A DNA stretch of 64,000 nt from Escherichia phage vB_EcoP_HC-25922, in the sequence record OQ555404.1; one strand, given 5' to 3'. Numbering within the stretch: the first letter of the stretch is position 1; the number at the start of each line of letters is the position of its first letter. Shown piece by piece: positions 48,831-58,928 of the stretch. The position numbers and the translations under genes are program-made. The notes beneath the pieces were generated by a model that was not told the DNA's origin, ran no database searches, and was given only the letters and a program-made list of their open reading frames with translations.

Positions 48831-50864
48831 TTAGTGTTTACCTTTACAGTAATCTGAATTACAGATCACCCTGTTTTCTTTGTTCAGTGAGCAAGTTTCT
48901 GCATCACGCCACGGAATTTGTTTATAACAGACTGCACAAAACCCAATTGAAGTCCAGAGGGCTTTTGTAAACTCAGCTGTTCGTTGTCCATCGTAACTGA
49001 CAACTGTTTTTCGGAGAGAGGTTGACTTTTCTGGAAATGTCTCCGCTTTCTCAGCGGGTACCTCCTTTGGGGCATTCTTTGGACCATAAACAGAGATGGC
49101 ATAAGTATCACCACCACGTTTTTCCAAATACGAATTAGGAACATCTGCAAGTGTGATGTCCCCTGAACGTTTTGCTGAGCTGACCATTACAATCATACGG
49201 CTAAGCATACGTTCATCAACACGAACAGCTACTTCAGGACGACGTGGGTTGGTTGTGTCTACTGCTTTAGTCCAAATATAACCTTCAGATAGAGTAACAT
49301 TCTTTACTTTATCTTTGATTTCTTTGGAGCAGATATAACAAACGTCTTCACCACGAAGTTTACTCATTTCGTTGTCAAACTCGAAATCAGTCTTGACTTC
49401 ACCACAGATAGCACATACACCCAAAGGCACATCTTCTTCCTCTTCAGAGGTTTTAGATAACGCTTCGAAGCATTCTGGATGCCAGTATGCCTGATAAGCA
49501 AACACAGCCTTACGAGCATCTTTCCAGTCAATGTGCTTATCACAACCACCACAGTCACCATGAGAGTGAGATTCCCAGAACTTACGAGTGACTTCTACAC
49601 CATTCTTAGTGATGAAGGAGTCCTCTGCATCAAAAGGGATATCATCATCAAAATCAGCAGTAGTGCTTTGAGGCTCCTTATCTGTAGCATCAACAAACAG
49701 CCCTGAAGTTAGTACGAGGCGAATCATACTGTCCACTTCGGAGATACAAGCAATCGTCCCGCGATATACTACCTTTGGGTTTTCAAGAGCCTTAAGATAT
49801 TCATCTTTGGCTACGTTGTGAACATCCCCTTCGACATACTCTTGAGCTTTATCATCGTAGATGTAACCAACCATCTTACCACGATCTGTGTTGTTATAAG
49901 CATGGAACTCGTGAGGAATAATATCCACACGACCATCACGACGATAAGGAAGACCACGATCGGCAGCCAGTTTGTTCTGGTCTTCAATCGCTTTACGACG
50001 ACGAATGTCTCCGCTTGTCACGCCGGGCTTGTCGTCTTTGTTTCCGTAAATGTCGCTTGTGCTGCTGCTTGATTTGTTTGTCTGTTGGTTCTGATAAAGA
50101 GAGGAGTTCGAGTAATAGCCGCCCCAGCGACTCGTTACCGTAAAAACCGGAAGCGTGTGCTCCACCTCTTGAACCAGAGTCATACGACTGTTAGACACAT
50201 CAAAGATATACTCAGTTCCCACTTTACATTCGAAGTGGTCATTGATACGGTTCTTATGGGACTTAGAACGCTCTAAAATCCACATAAGCATAGCTTCTTC
50301 AGAAGCTCCAAACCAATCCAAACCACAGCGGGCTAGGTGGAAAGGACGCTCATCATTACGGATAATGTGAAGTGTGTTGTCTTTAGCATCATGCCAAATC
50401 AAAGTGAATGCACCATCCAGTTTTTGGATAGTCTCTGCTGCTCCAATGGTGTTAATTGAGTGGCAGATGTTTTCACTATCAACTTCGAAACGCTTACTGT
50501 CAGGAAGGAGATCTTGATCTAACAGGGTTCCATTATGAACCAGAGTAATATCCCCGTGAGTAAATGGGTGAGCATTTCGAGCATTGACAGCCCCACGAGT
50601 GGCATGTCGGCTGTGACCAACAATCCACGAAGGAGGAACTACGTAGTTCGTAAGCCCTTTGGTAATATTTGTATATTCTGTCTGGAGCATAAAAGCATAA
50701 GAAGGAAGAGCTTCTTTATAAGAGAAGACTTGCTTTTCACCTTTACGCTGACCAAACACACCAGTTGAGTGCTGTCCACGGAAAACACCAGCATACAGAA
50801 GTTGGTTGAAAATGTCCAAATCTGCTGAGGTCATGTTGCCGCCAGCTAATACGATACCACAAAT
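48831..50864 (-). CDS. class II (Ntn) glutamine amidotransferase domain protein with C-terminal Cys-rich region; probable AUU start
   Basis: NAHPF...HNG GATase II motif; extending in frame to ATT at 50862-50864 gives MCGIVLAGG with AGGTGG SD 8 nt upstream; multiple CxxC pairs in the C-terminal third. Confidence 0.55.
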   Translation of the reverse strand: MCGIVLAGGNMTSADLDIFNQLLYAGVFRGQHSTGVFGQRKGEKQVFSYKEALPSYAFMLQTEYTNITKGLTNYVVPPSWIVGHSRHATRGAVNARNAHPFTHGDITLVHNGTLLDQDLLPDSKRFEVDSENICHSINTIGAAETIQKLDGAFTLIWHDAKDNTLHIIRNDERPFHLARCGLDWFGASEEAMLMWILERSKSHKNRINDHFECKVGTEYIFDVSNSRMTLVQEVEHTLPVFTVTSRWGGYYSNSSLYQNQQTNKSSSSTSDIYGNKDDKPGVTSGDIRRRKAIEDQNKLAADRGLPYRRDGRVDIIPHEFHAYNNTDRGKMVGYIYDDKAQEYVEGDVHNVAKDEYLKALENPKVVYRGTIACISEVDSMIRLVLTSGLFVDATDKEPQSTTADFDDDIPFDAEDSFITKNGVEVTRKFWESHSHGDCGGCDKHIDWKDARKAVFAYQAYWHPECFEALSKTSEEEEDVPLGVCAICGEVKTDFEFDNEMSKLRGEDVCYICSKEIKDKVKNVTLSEGYIWTKAVDTTNPRRPEVAVRVDERMLSRMIVMVSSAKRSGDITLADVPNSYLEKRGGDTYAISVYGPKNAPKEVPAEKAETFPEKSTSLRKTVVSYDGQRTAEFTKALWTSIGFCAVCYKQIPWRDAETCSLNKENRVICNSDYCKGKH

Positions 50865-50941
50865 TTTCTAATCCACCTGAAGGGTAAACCCTTTCATCTA
50901 ATTAACCTTTAAATGCGCCCTGTATAAGAGCGCCCGTTGTG

Positions 50942-52042
50942 TTACAGCAGTCGTTCTAATTGCATTTCCAGATGGTCTGGAATATAACCAGTGACGTTAT
51001 CATCACTGCTACCTGATTCACGCATCAATGCAAACATGTGACGAATTTCACGAACCGTTGCGATTCGAGTGCTTTCAATCTGAGGGGTGTAGTAGGTCAT
51101 GATCTCTTCGTAGACACTGTTGGCATTACCGCGCACATATCCCAAGAAACCATAGAAGTCATTCATATCACGTAAGTTGATAAGGACTTCACCATCAGGG
51201 CCAGTCTGTTGCACACGAACACGACCAACCAAAGTTACAGATTGCTCACGACAGAAGAGAATATCACGAGCAAGACGATACCCTTCAGTGAGATCACTGT
51301 CTCTTGGAGTATAGTCTAGGGGTAGATGTTGAATCATAGGAGCGAAGCGCAGCTCATTCAACTTCTCAACATAAGCTTCATTGTCTAAATCTGCATATTC
51401 AACAGCCAGTTTCTTGAGAACCAAGAAGCGGTTGACCAGATTCAGAAGTTGGCTCTTTTTCCACTTCGGCTCTGAGATACGGAACTCAACAGAACCAAAT
51501 TGAGATAGAGGCAAAAGATTAAGGGAGGTATATTTATCCCAGCTATTAACAAGAGAGTGGAAGAAAGCTTCCCCGTCTCGGTTGAACGCTGACGAAGCAT
51601 TCATAACTTGTGCTTGAACGACAGCAAAAGCTGGACAGAAGTTGCTACGATAGCGATGGTATCCAGAACATTTGAACATCATCTTTTCATAGAACGTCCA
51701 TCCAAGAATAACTTTCTTAAGGATATTACTATCAGCGTCACGCATATCCATATGAACGTGAGTGGAGCAGCGCCAAGTTCCCTCGGCTCCAGAATCCTGT
51801 ACTGCTTCACTCAGATTGTTAATAGCACGAAGTAATTCTTCACCGTTGTAAGGTCGTGCACATACTAATTCACAACCATCACGAAGAGAGCCATCTTCAG
51901 TACAAACCCACATATCAGCGTCAATGTCAGTTGTACCTTCGACTTCTAACTCAATACCAACACCACACTGAAAAGCAATACTTGGATGCGGTTCAGATAA
52001 GCGAGGGTTACGGTATCCAAAAACTTGTGCTACGGTTGTCAT
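50942..52042 (-). CDS. amidoligase-family protein
   Basis: GVGIELEVEG and STHVHMDM motifs resemble the phage amidoligase family. Confidence 0.5.
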   Translation of the reverse strand: MTTVAQVFGYRNPRLSEPHPSIAFQCGVGIELEVEGTTDIDADMWVCTEDGSLRDGCELVCARPYNGEELLRAINNLSEAVQDSGAEGTWRCSTHVHMDMRDADSNILKKVILGWTFYEKMMFKCSGYHRYRSNFCPAFAVVQAQVMNASSAFNRDGEAFFHSLVNSWDKYTSLNLLPLSQFGSVEFRISEPKWKKSQLLNLVNRFLVLKKLAVEYADLDNEAYVEKLNELRFAPMIQHLPLDYTPRDSDLTEGYRLARDILFCREQSVTLVGRVRVQQTGPDGEVLINLRDMNDFYGFLGYVRGNANSVYEEIMTYYTPQIESTRIATVREIRHMFALMRESGSSDDNVTGYIPDHLEMQLERLL

Positions 52043-52665
52043 AATGATTCCACCAACTCTACATTATATGATGACAGGTCTGAAGAAATATGCTTGAACT
52101 TCTCCAGAAGGTTTAAAGATTGACGACCATTGTCGCCATAACCAGCTTCAAGAAGCACGTTTCCAACGTAAGCCCCTTTGTAATAAACTTTTCCATCGAC
52201 AGGATTGATATAGATGAAACGAGTAACCAACCCTTCAAACTCTGGATTAAACAGGTTGTACACCAAATCACCCGGAATCGAACGTCCGAGAGAAGGTGGA
52301 GTACCACGAAGTTTATTCCCCATCAAGCCTTTAGCTCGCTGACGAACAGGGTTGATATGGGTCCAGCTCACCATGTTATTGCCATGCTGAAGGTATCCTA
52401 CATCTGGAGACTCCAGAATGAGGCTGTGATCAAACACTGGGATATTACTAACAATCTGACGTTCAAACTGACCTTCGGAGTTTTTAGTCCAGCGCTCCGC
52501 CTCAAACACTAAAGACATTTCAGCGTCGTGTGAGTAGTCGTCGATATCAAAGTTACCTTGCTGACGAACATCAAGCACATATAGAGGGAGGTTTTTACCA
52601 TCAGGTGATCGCTGAGCAATCCATGTTCCACAATAATAGTGTTGAAAATCTCTTAACAAGCTCAC
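52039..52665 (-). CDS. hypothetical protein
   Basis: 208 aa ORF overlapping the amidoligase start by 4 nt. Confidence 0.4.
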   Translation of the reverse strand: MSLLRDFQHYYCGTWIAQRSPDGKNLPLYVLDVRQQGNFDIDDYSHDAEMSLVFEAERWTKNSEGQFERQIVSNIPVFDHSLILESPDVGYLQHGNNMVSWTHINPVRQRAKGLMGNKLRGTPPSLGRSIPGDLVYNLFNPEFEGLVTRFIYINPVDGKVYYKGAYVGNVLLEAGYGDNGRQSLNLLEKFKHISSDLSSYNVELVESL

Positions 52666-52674
52666 AATATCACC

Positions 52675-53481
52675 TTATACAATCTGGAGTTTAGAGGAGA
52701 ATTTATCCGCTTCTTTAACATCGTTACTGTTGATGATGTTGTGAAGCTTTTCAATTGGAAGGCGAGAGTGAAGTGACATCAATACTTCCATATCACAGCC
52801 TTGAACAACCTTATCAACTTGCTCATAAACAAACTTGCGGGTTGACTTCTCGCCAATCCAGAAGTTAGAAAGAGAACGATATTCAATACCGTAATCTTTG
52901 TAGCGAATGGCAGAAGCCTTTCCGTATAACTCTTTACGACGAGTATCTTTATCCATGATCACAGCTGGCAAGGACAGGAAGTAATCACACAACACACCCA
53001 ACATCATTTGAGTCTGACGACTAATTTCCAGCGTACCAGTGACGCCAAGGTGAACATGACCACCAGCAGTACGCAGACCTTTGTCTGTCGCTACTGGAGA
53101 TGGGTTTTTCTGACCAGTGAAGGCGTTGAAATCAGGAGTACAACCAAATACAAAGGCTGACGGATGGAAAGATTCCATCTCTTCTGAAGTGAACACATGA
53201 GAGCTAATCCCAAGTGCTGCCTCCATGCCACGTTCATTGAGAACTTTGTTAGTCAGATCAATACCACGCTGAATGTTATCATTAAACGCTTCAAACCCTT
53301 TCTGTGGGTTAATATCGAACTCGGCCAGAACGTTGTCTTCTTGAAGACGAACATCAGGGGCCAGATCAATTTTGTTGTCTTTAGAGCAGCCCAGCTTACC
53401 AGCCACAGAGGTGATAATACCAGAAGCAGTACGAACAAACATTTCAGGGTCAGAACCAATAAGGAAAGCACGCTTAGTCAT
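52675..53481 (-). CDS. second amidoligase-like protein
   Basis: FLIGSDPEMFV and GGHVHLG parallel the motifs of 50942-52042; start set at MTKRAF. Confidence 0.35.
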   Translation of the reverse strand: MTKRAFLIGSDPEMFVRTASGIITSVAGKLGCSKDNKIDLAPDVRLQEDNVLAEFDINPQKGFEAFNDNIQRGIDLTNKVLNERGMEAALGISSHVFTSEEMESFHPSAFVFGCTPDFNAFTGQKNPSPVATDKGLRTAGGHVHLGVTGTLEISRQTQMMLGVLCDYFLSLPAVIMDKDTRRKELYGKASAIRYKDYGIEYRSLSNFWIGEKSTRKFVYEQVDKVVQGCDMEVLMSLHSRLPIEKLHNIINSNDVKEADKFSSKLQIV

Positions 53482-54424
53482 TGTAATACTCCACGAGTTC
53501 ATCAAAAAGGGAAACAACACGAGCACCAGCTTCTTCTGGTGTCATTGAGGAAGGTACTGCTTGCATCAGACGTTCGATAAAACTTCGAACAGTAATTCTG
53601 TCCATACGCTGATCTAATACTTCTCGCTTGTGACCTGCACAAGTTGACCAGAGACGTAACCACTCACTCATACTCTCATAATGGTCAGGGTCTTGGTCAC
53701 GACGACGTGCCATACGACGGAGAACTCCATCATTATGGTTTCGTACATAACCATCTCGGTTGTCATCAACACCGAATACATTCTGAACCCATACGTTTTC
53801 AGAAAATTCATCAGTGGTGCAAATTAATGGCAGAAATGCAATTGCACTCATGTCGCCATCAAAATAAGTCGCTGCTGACTCATCGGTTGAGCCTACGTCA
53901 TTACTATAACACCAGCGACCAAAGAAGTTACGACTTAAACCAGCTAAGCGTAGAGCTAAACCGATTCGTTGTCGCTTAAGCAACTCTTCCTTGTCTTGTA
54001 CGCCTTCCTGAAGGAACTCCATTCCATTAAAATCACCATCCAAATAGCTACGGATGGTCATTAGTCCAGTAAACACCTTGTCTGCTGGATGGTTTCGAAG
54101 GTTCACGGCAATGGAGTTCACCGAAGTGACAGAGAACATATCTTTATAGCAAGACATTGAGTTAAAAATATCTGTTGCTTCAACTAAAGCTCTTTCGATA
54201 TCTTTAGCTGGCACGCCATAAAAATTGTGAGGCCAGAAGTTAATAACTTCAATTTCTGAAGTTCTATCACGAAGGCTTGTTCGGTTACGACTTTCACCGT
54301 TAATGTCTGTAACAGAATACATGTGCATACAGTTAAAAGTACCAAAGCAAGCTCTTCCTTTGAACACTGACTCACCGAAATCCTCTGCCGATGTTACCGG
54401 AGCAATCGATGCGGAGATTGACAT
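53474..54424 (-). CDS. hypothetical protein
   Basis: 316 aa ORF in the amidoligase cluster. Confidence 0.4.
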   Translation of the reverse strand: MSISASIAPVTSAEDFGESVFKGRACFGTFNCMHMYSVTDINGESRNRTSLRDRTSEIEVINFWPHNFYGVPAKDIERALVEATDIFNSMSCYKDMFSVTSVNSIAVNLRNHPADKVFTGLMTIRSYLDGDFNGMEFLQEGVQDKEELLKRQRIGLALRLAGLSRNFFGRWCYSNDVGSTDESAATYFDGDMSAIAFLPLICTTDEFSENVWVQNVFGVDDNRDGYVRNHNDGVLRRMARRRDQDPDHYESMSEWLRLWSTCAGHKREVLDQRMDRITVRSFIERLMQAVPSSMTPEEAGARVVSLFDELVEYYND

Positions 54425-54432
54425 ATTCGCCT

Positions 54433-55650
54433 CTATTTATTAAAGAATAGTTTTTCCATAATGGTTTCCCACTCTTCTGAGGGGAGGGTTGAGAACCCGT
54501 TTCCGTGAAGCCTGTTTGTCATGCAACTAATAATATTGTACATGTTGTAGCTTCGGGTGGATTCTGTTCCATTGTTCCAGTTATAACCGAAAACAATTTT
54601 ATCGAAGGAGGTTTTATCCGTAGTTACTTCTCGGATAAACTCAACCAAGAGCGATTTCTCTGTGATGACCGCACGTTCACCATCTGGCAGATTGCAATAC
54701 TGAGGAAGAAGGATTGGTAAGAACATCGAATTGTTCACTCGACAATCACGAACACCTTCACTGCGATAGATTAGGCTTGAGAAGTCTTCATCACGCAGGT
54801 GTCCTTCACCTTCAGTGTATTCACACTGTCGCCACTTGGTCTGGCGAGGCTCAATCATTGTACTACCAACGCCTACTGTATACAGAGACGCTTGGAAAAT
54901 ACATGAATCGTAATCATTCCCTGTTAAAGCAACTTGCTCGTTGCCGAACACATCCACTGAAGAGTTAATCAGTCGGCTGAATGCAAGAGAGGCTAAAGGG
55001 GACCAGCCTTTCTTATACATCTTGTTCAGCATTTCATACACAGCAGATTTTTCATCATCTGTATAGAATGTACGATTCAGCATCAGATAGAACAGAGCGC
55101 GATCAGCAGGACAACCATCAGTACAAACACCCATGAATCCTACTTCATGCCATACCAGACATGAGTCAGAATCTTTATCCATGAATGCTTCAAAGGCTTC
55201 CATTACAGCCCTGTCAGTAACATCAGGACGGTTGTTTTCTTCTGCCCATGTTTCTACATGAGAAGGAGGACGAGGGTCTCCATTCTCCACCCCTTCGCGG
55301 AAATATTGAGTGGTAATAGGCTTTTTATCACCATAACGTTTTACACCATAAGCGGGAAGGTGTGTACCAGAGTTCCAGATGTACTTAATTTCGGACATAG
55401 GCATCATGTTTTCGAGAACGTTCTCTTCAGCAGTGCCTTGACGAACCATCATATTTTCACTCCACACCTTAATGCGGATATTCCAGCCGTAGTTGCTGTC
55501 ATACGTGTTATAATAATCAGGATCACCATCTTCATCTTCATCATAATCACCACCCTGATAGTAACCTGCTTTCAGGAAACCATAACAAGGAGGCCAAACA
55601 GTTACAACGTCTTCTGATTCTTTCCAGCTTTGAAGTGTTACAGGGAACAT
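54433..55650 (-). CDS. hypothetical protein
   Basis: start set at MFPVTLQ with AAAGAGG RBS, just after the upstream stop. Confidence 0.4.
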   Translation of the reverse strand: MFPVTLQSWKESEDVVTVWPPCYGFLKAGYYQGGDYDEDEDGDPDYYNTYDSNYGWNIRIKVWSENMMVRQGTAEENVLENMMPMSEIKYIWNSGTHLPAYGVKRYGDKKPITTQYFREGVENGDPRPPSHVETWAEENNRPDVTDRAVMEAFEAFMDKDSDSCLVWHEVGFMGVCTDGCPADRALFYLMLNRTFYTDDEKSAVYEMLNKMYKKGWSPLASLAFSRLINSSVDVFGNEQVALTGNDYDSCIFQASLYTVGVGSTMIEPRQTKWRQCEYTEGEGHLRDEDFSSLIYRSEGVRDCRVNNSMFLPILLPQYCNLPDGERAVITEKSLLVEFIREVTTDKTSFDKIVFGYNWNNGTESTRSYNMYNIISCMTNRLHGNGFSTLPSEEWETIMEKLFFNK

Positions 55651-55660
55651 TTTTACCTCT

Positions 55661-56023
55661 TTACTCTGATACCAGAAGGCCCAGAGATTTGCGAATGTAG
55701 TCAATACTACGGAAGTTTCGATAGTTCTCTTGGAAGCGCATCTTTTCAAATTCAGCTTCCTGAAGTTCTAACTCTGCCGCTTTATATCCCGATAAAGCTA
55801 AACTCACCACATCCTGAGGCAAGACATTACGACGGCGAATAAGATATTTATTCGCTTTTAGTTTACCTTGTGCACGAGCCATTTTGGCCTTTGCCGCCTT
55901 GATACCATGAGAAATCCAAAGCAGTTGCTGTTTCAGATCTTCCTCATCCATACCACCTAAGTCATTTGCTACTTTATGAAGCGTAGACAGGTTCACATGG
56001 CCTTTAATGGGGCGTAGGTTCAT
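55661..56023 (-). CDS. hypothetical protein (helical, basic)
   Basis: 120 aa ORF; its ATG overlaps the stop of the small gene 56020-56187. Confidence 0.4.
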   Translation of the reverse strand: MNLRPIKGHVNLSTLHKVANDLGGMDEEDLKQQLLWISHGIKAAKAKMARAQGKLKANKYLIRRRNVLPQDVVSLALSGYKAAELELQEAEFEKMRFQENYRNFRSIDYIRKSLGLLVSE

Positions 56024-56187
56024 AACTTCTCCTGTTTGTCACATTGATTGGTTAGCCAGTTGTAAGACCCTCTGTTATTCTTGCTTAACTCGCAAGATGC
56101 AAAAGAGTACATCCTGACAAACCCCACAGTGGCTAAGCAAATAAAGATTGCTGCCAATAAGAACTTAACTTTCAACTTATTATCCAT
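56020..56187 (-). CDS. small membrane protein (55 aa, below ORF-track cutoff)
   Basis: MDNKLKVKFLLAAIFICLATVGFV...; AAGAAGAGG RBS 5 nt upstream. Confidence 0.3.
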   Translation of the reverse strand: MDNKLKVKFLLAAIFICLATVGFVRMYSFASCELSKNNRGSYNWLTNQCDKQEKL

Positions 56188-56296
56188 ACAACCTCTTCTT
56201 TGAACTTAAAAAAGGACTCTCCTAAGAGAGCCAAGCTTTAAGGCCAATTAAATAGATATCACCCAATATCTGTGGATAACCTGCTCTTAAAATATT

Positions 56297-56433
56297 CTAT
56301 CCGACGGATGTTCGAGGATTATTCCTCTCCCTAGCATCGGCCCCATACGGGAAAGATTAAATTAAGTTTAGGTTAGTTGAGCCAGAATAGCTCACATAGC
56401 CCTCTGATACTCACAAGGGCTATAGATGTTACT
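56297..56433 (-). repeat. conserved noncoding element, copy A
   Basis: shares ordered blocks (ctatc, gatgtt, tctctccctagc, tcacatagccctctgata, gatgttact) and a hairpin with copy B. Confidence 0.5.
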
Positions 56434-56677
56434 CTGCGGCTCCGTCGAATCGGAGGATTGCTGCTGGAACAGGGTATACTTCCAGATCTTCATCCAGTCG
56501 GTACAGGTGCCCTGTGCTTAAATTTACAGCTGTTACTGGCTTAGAATGACCTCCAGCCTGTATGGAAGGGACTCTGATAAAGAACTCTTCCGGATATTCA
56601 ACAGAGTGGAACACACTCCCTGAATAGAGATTCTTTATTTTGGAAGTTTGTTTAGGAGTTTTATCGGCAATTTGCAT
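56429..56677 (-). CDS. small protein, GD.F-family paralog
   Basis: 82 aa; one of six small proteins sharing an L..L.PGD[VF]F-type N-terminal motif. Confidence 0.4.
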   Translation of the reverse strand: MQIADKTPKQTSKIKNLYSGSVFHSVEYPEEFFIRVPSIQAGGHSKPVTAVNLSTGHLYRLDEDLEVYPVPAAILRFDGAAE

Positions 56678-56910
56678 TACAGACCTTTCTTAGCACGATC
56701 TTTGGCAGTTTTGCCAGTGCGGATACGATGGGAAACATTAACCAGCTCGCCACCTTCGACGATGGTCACGCTTTTGTTTTTCGCAATATCAAACACAGTT
56801 TTCTCTGTACCGCCCAGACGAATCTGTTTAGGCTCGCTGTGGGTCTGAGTTGATTTAGACTGGAACTGGAACGGCTGACGGATGGCATCAATTGCACTAG
56901 CTTTAGACAT
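56677..56910 (-). CDS. hypothetical small protein
   Basis: 77 aa ORF. Confidence 0.35.
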   Translation of the reverse strand: MSKASAIDAIRQPFQFQSKSTQTHSEPKQIRLGGTEKTVFDIAKNKSVTIVEGGELVNVSHRIRTGKTAKDRAKKGL

Positions 56911-56937
56911 ATTTTATTACCTTAAATTAAAGAGATA

Positions 56938-57351
56938 TTAAACAACGAATTGGAACGCTTCGTATCCAAACTTGTATAAGAAATCGTGTTTGAACTTTAC
57001 TACACGACCACGATCGCGGAAAGCTTTCAGGCGACTGCTGAACCCAACCATTGGCTCAGGGTCAATAGGGCTACGAATCTTCATAGCTATAGAGTGCAGC
57101 TTGAAGCGTTTACCAGTGCTACAGGCCATCATCACATACTCCATACGAGTAGTCCAGATGTTGAGCACCATGCTTGTTTTCTCCGCTGACCAACCAGTCT
57201 TGCGGGCGATTTCTTTATGGACATTAAGCTCCAAAGGAAGAGGGAATTGCTTGTTGAATGAAGCCGGATATAGCTTGACCAGAAGGTCAATGTTTTCTTT
57301 ATACGTTAAGTAAGCCAATTTCTTGCTTACGTTAGGGAATTTCCCAGACAT
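56938..57351 (-). CDS. hypothetical protein
   Basis: 137 aa ORF. Confidence 0.4.
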   Translation of the reverse strand: MSGKFPNVSKKLAYLTYKENIDLLVKLYPASFNKQFPLPLELNVHKEIARKTGWSAEKTSMVLNIWTTRMEYVMMACSTGKRFKLHSIAMKIRSPIDPEPMVGFSSRLKAFRDRGRVVKFKHDFLYKFGYEAFQFVV

Positions 57352-57549
57352 TTTTGAAGCTCCAAAACAGCGCCGAAAAGAGAGGCGTCATAGTAGCTAA
57401 AAGGAGGAGAGAAGAGGGCTTATTTACTTGCTTTTTTCTGTCCGTTAATGTACCAGATAACTGAACCGTCAGGCTGTCGTTGACCGAAGCCTTTCAAGTT
57501 AACCATTTCTTCTTCAGAGTAGGCACGTTTTCTCACTGATTTTCTCCTG

Positions 57550-57807
57550 TCAGTAGAAGGTGTGTGTAGAGTCGTCGTTCATAGATAACCAAACGAAGAA
57601 GACAATCACACAGAAAGCAATAATACCGAGAGTTGCAAGGATTATAGTGTTAGCTAATGTGATATCTAACACGCTTTGCAGATACATAAAGAACTGTACG
57701 ACACCACATACCATCAGCACAACCCCAACGACAATGAGGAGCCAATATGTGCAGAGAAGGACTGCATCTAATAGTGATACATACTTTGGATGATCTTTAT
57801 GTCTCAC
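57550..57807 (-). CDS. small membrane protein (2-3 predicted transmembrane segments)
   Basis: 85 aa, strongly hydrophobic. Confidence 0.35.
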   Translation of the reverse strand: MRHKDHPKYVSLLDAVLLCTYWLLIVVGVVLMVCGVVQFFMYLQSVLDITLANTIILATLGIIAFCVIVFFVWLSMNDDSTHTFY

Positions 57808-58063
57808 TGATCTTTTCCACTAAATCCAGAGTTGCTGATTCAAATACAACACCAACTACCATATTAGGTGCCATATTACGAACGTATCCGCTCTGCATAG
57901 ACACGGCCCGAGAGTATTCAGAACCGTTAGAACTTTTGTTTACCTTCATGTAAAGGGTTTGCTCTTTATCTTCTTTCAGAGTAAAGAAAGAGCCGGGAAG
58001 AAGCCTCTGAACAGTCAGAGGGATATCTGCAACATGAGTCTTATTGATAGTAAGAACTGTCAT
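57797..58063 (-). CDS. small protein, GD.F-family paralog
   Basis: QRLLPGSFFTL...TLYMKVN. Confidence 0.35.
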   Translation of the reverse strand: MTVLTINKTHVADIPLTVQRLLPGSFFTLKEDKEQTLYMKVNKSSNGSEYSRAVSMQSGYVRNMAPNMVVGVVFESATLDLVEKISET

Positions 58064-58066
58064 TGC

Positions 58067-58321
58067 TTATTCCTTAATAGTTGCTTCAGCTTTAATAGGA
58101 ATAACAGCAACATCTTTACGAGGTGCTGTCGCTCGACCTGTGTTAAGGCAGGCTACAAGTCTATGCTCGTCCGCACCCTTGATGCAGAGTCGAGTTGAGA
58201 ACTCAGTAGACAGCAAGATGTACAAATCATCATCTTCACTGTTAGGGTACATGAAGCAATCCCCAAGTCGTAAAGCACTGAGAGGTATTGCACTCTTACC
58301 TGCTGGTTTATTAACTTTCAT
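58067..58321 (-). CDS. small protein, GD.F-family paralog
   Basis: LSALRLGDCFMY...DLYILLS; start set at internal MKVNKP. Confidence 0.35.
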   Translation of the reverse strand: MKVNKPAGKSAIPLSALRLGDCFMYPNSEDDDLYILLSTEFSTRLCIKGADEHRLVACLNTGRATAPRKDVAVIPIKAEATIKE

Positions 58322-58661
58322 TTTACCACCTTTAATTATGGACCAAATAAAAACTATCGGGGAGTGCACTAGCTCTGGGCCACGTTGTGAACATCGGCCT
58401 ACCTTTCACAACTAATTAGCTAATACACTCTCCGATAGTTTATAAATAGGGGGAGGGGACGAATCCTCCCATATCCTATTAATTAATATTGCATGTAAGA
58501 CCTAACAATCCGATGCTGTAGTGGATAGCGTAAAACGCTTACCGGCATTAAACCCAGCCCATGAGGGGCTTATGTGATTAAAATGCTCAACATTGAGCGG
58601 TTAGTTGATAGGAGATCTGAAGTCCTATCTCAAAGGACTCTCGTAAGAATCCTTCACGATA

Positions 58662-58928
58662 TTACTTAGTAATAAAGACTGTCATCTTATTCATTACCCA
58701 GCCTATTAACATAAGTAGAGGTAAGAGGAAGATAAAGATCAGCATAAAAGGCCAAAAGAATATTACCGTCCAAATAGAATATTCATCAGGCTTACCACTC
58801 CATGAGGAATGGAAGAAGTTGTAGAGTGTATTGGTTTTGAAGCACCACTTAACTACAATGGCAGCTAACCACCAACCAATAACATAAATCAGGAGGACAT
58901 ACGCTGCTGTAACCATTGACCGTTCCAT
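58662..58928 (-). CDS. small membrane protein
   Basis: 88 aa with 3 hydrophobic segments. Confidence 0.35.
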   Translation of the reverse strand: MERSMVTAAYVLLIYVIGWWLAAIVVKWCFKTNTLYNFFHSSWSGKPDEYSIWTVIFFWPFMLIFIFLLPLLMLIGWVMNKMTVFITK

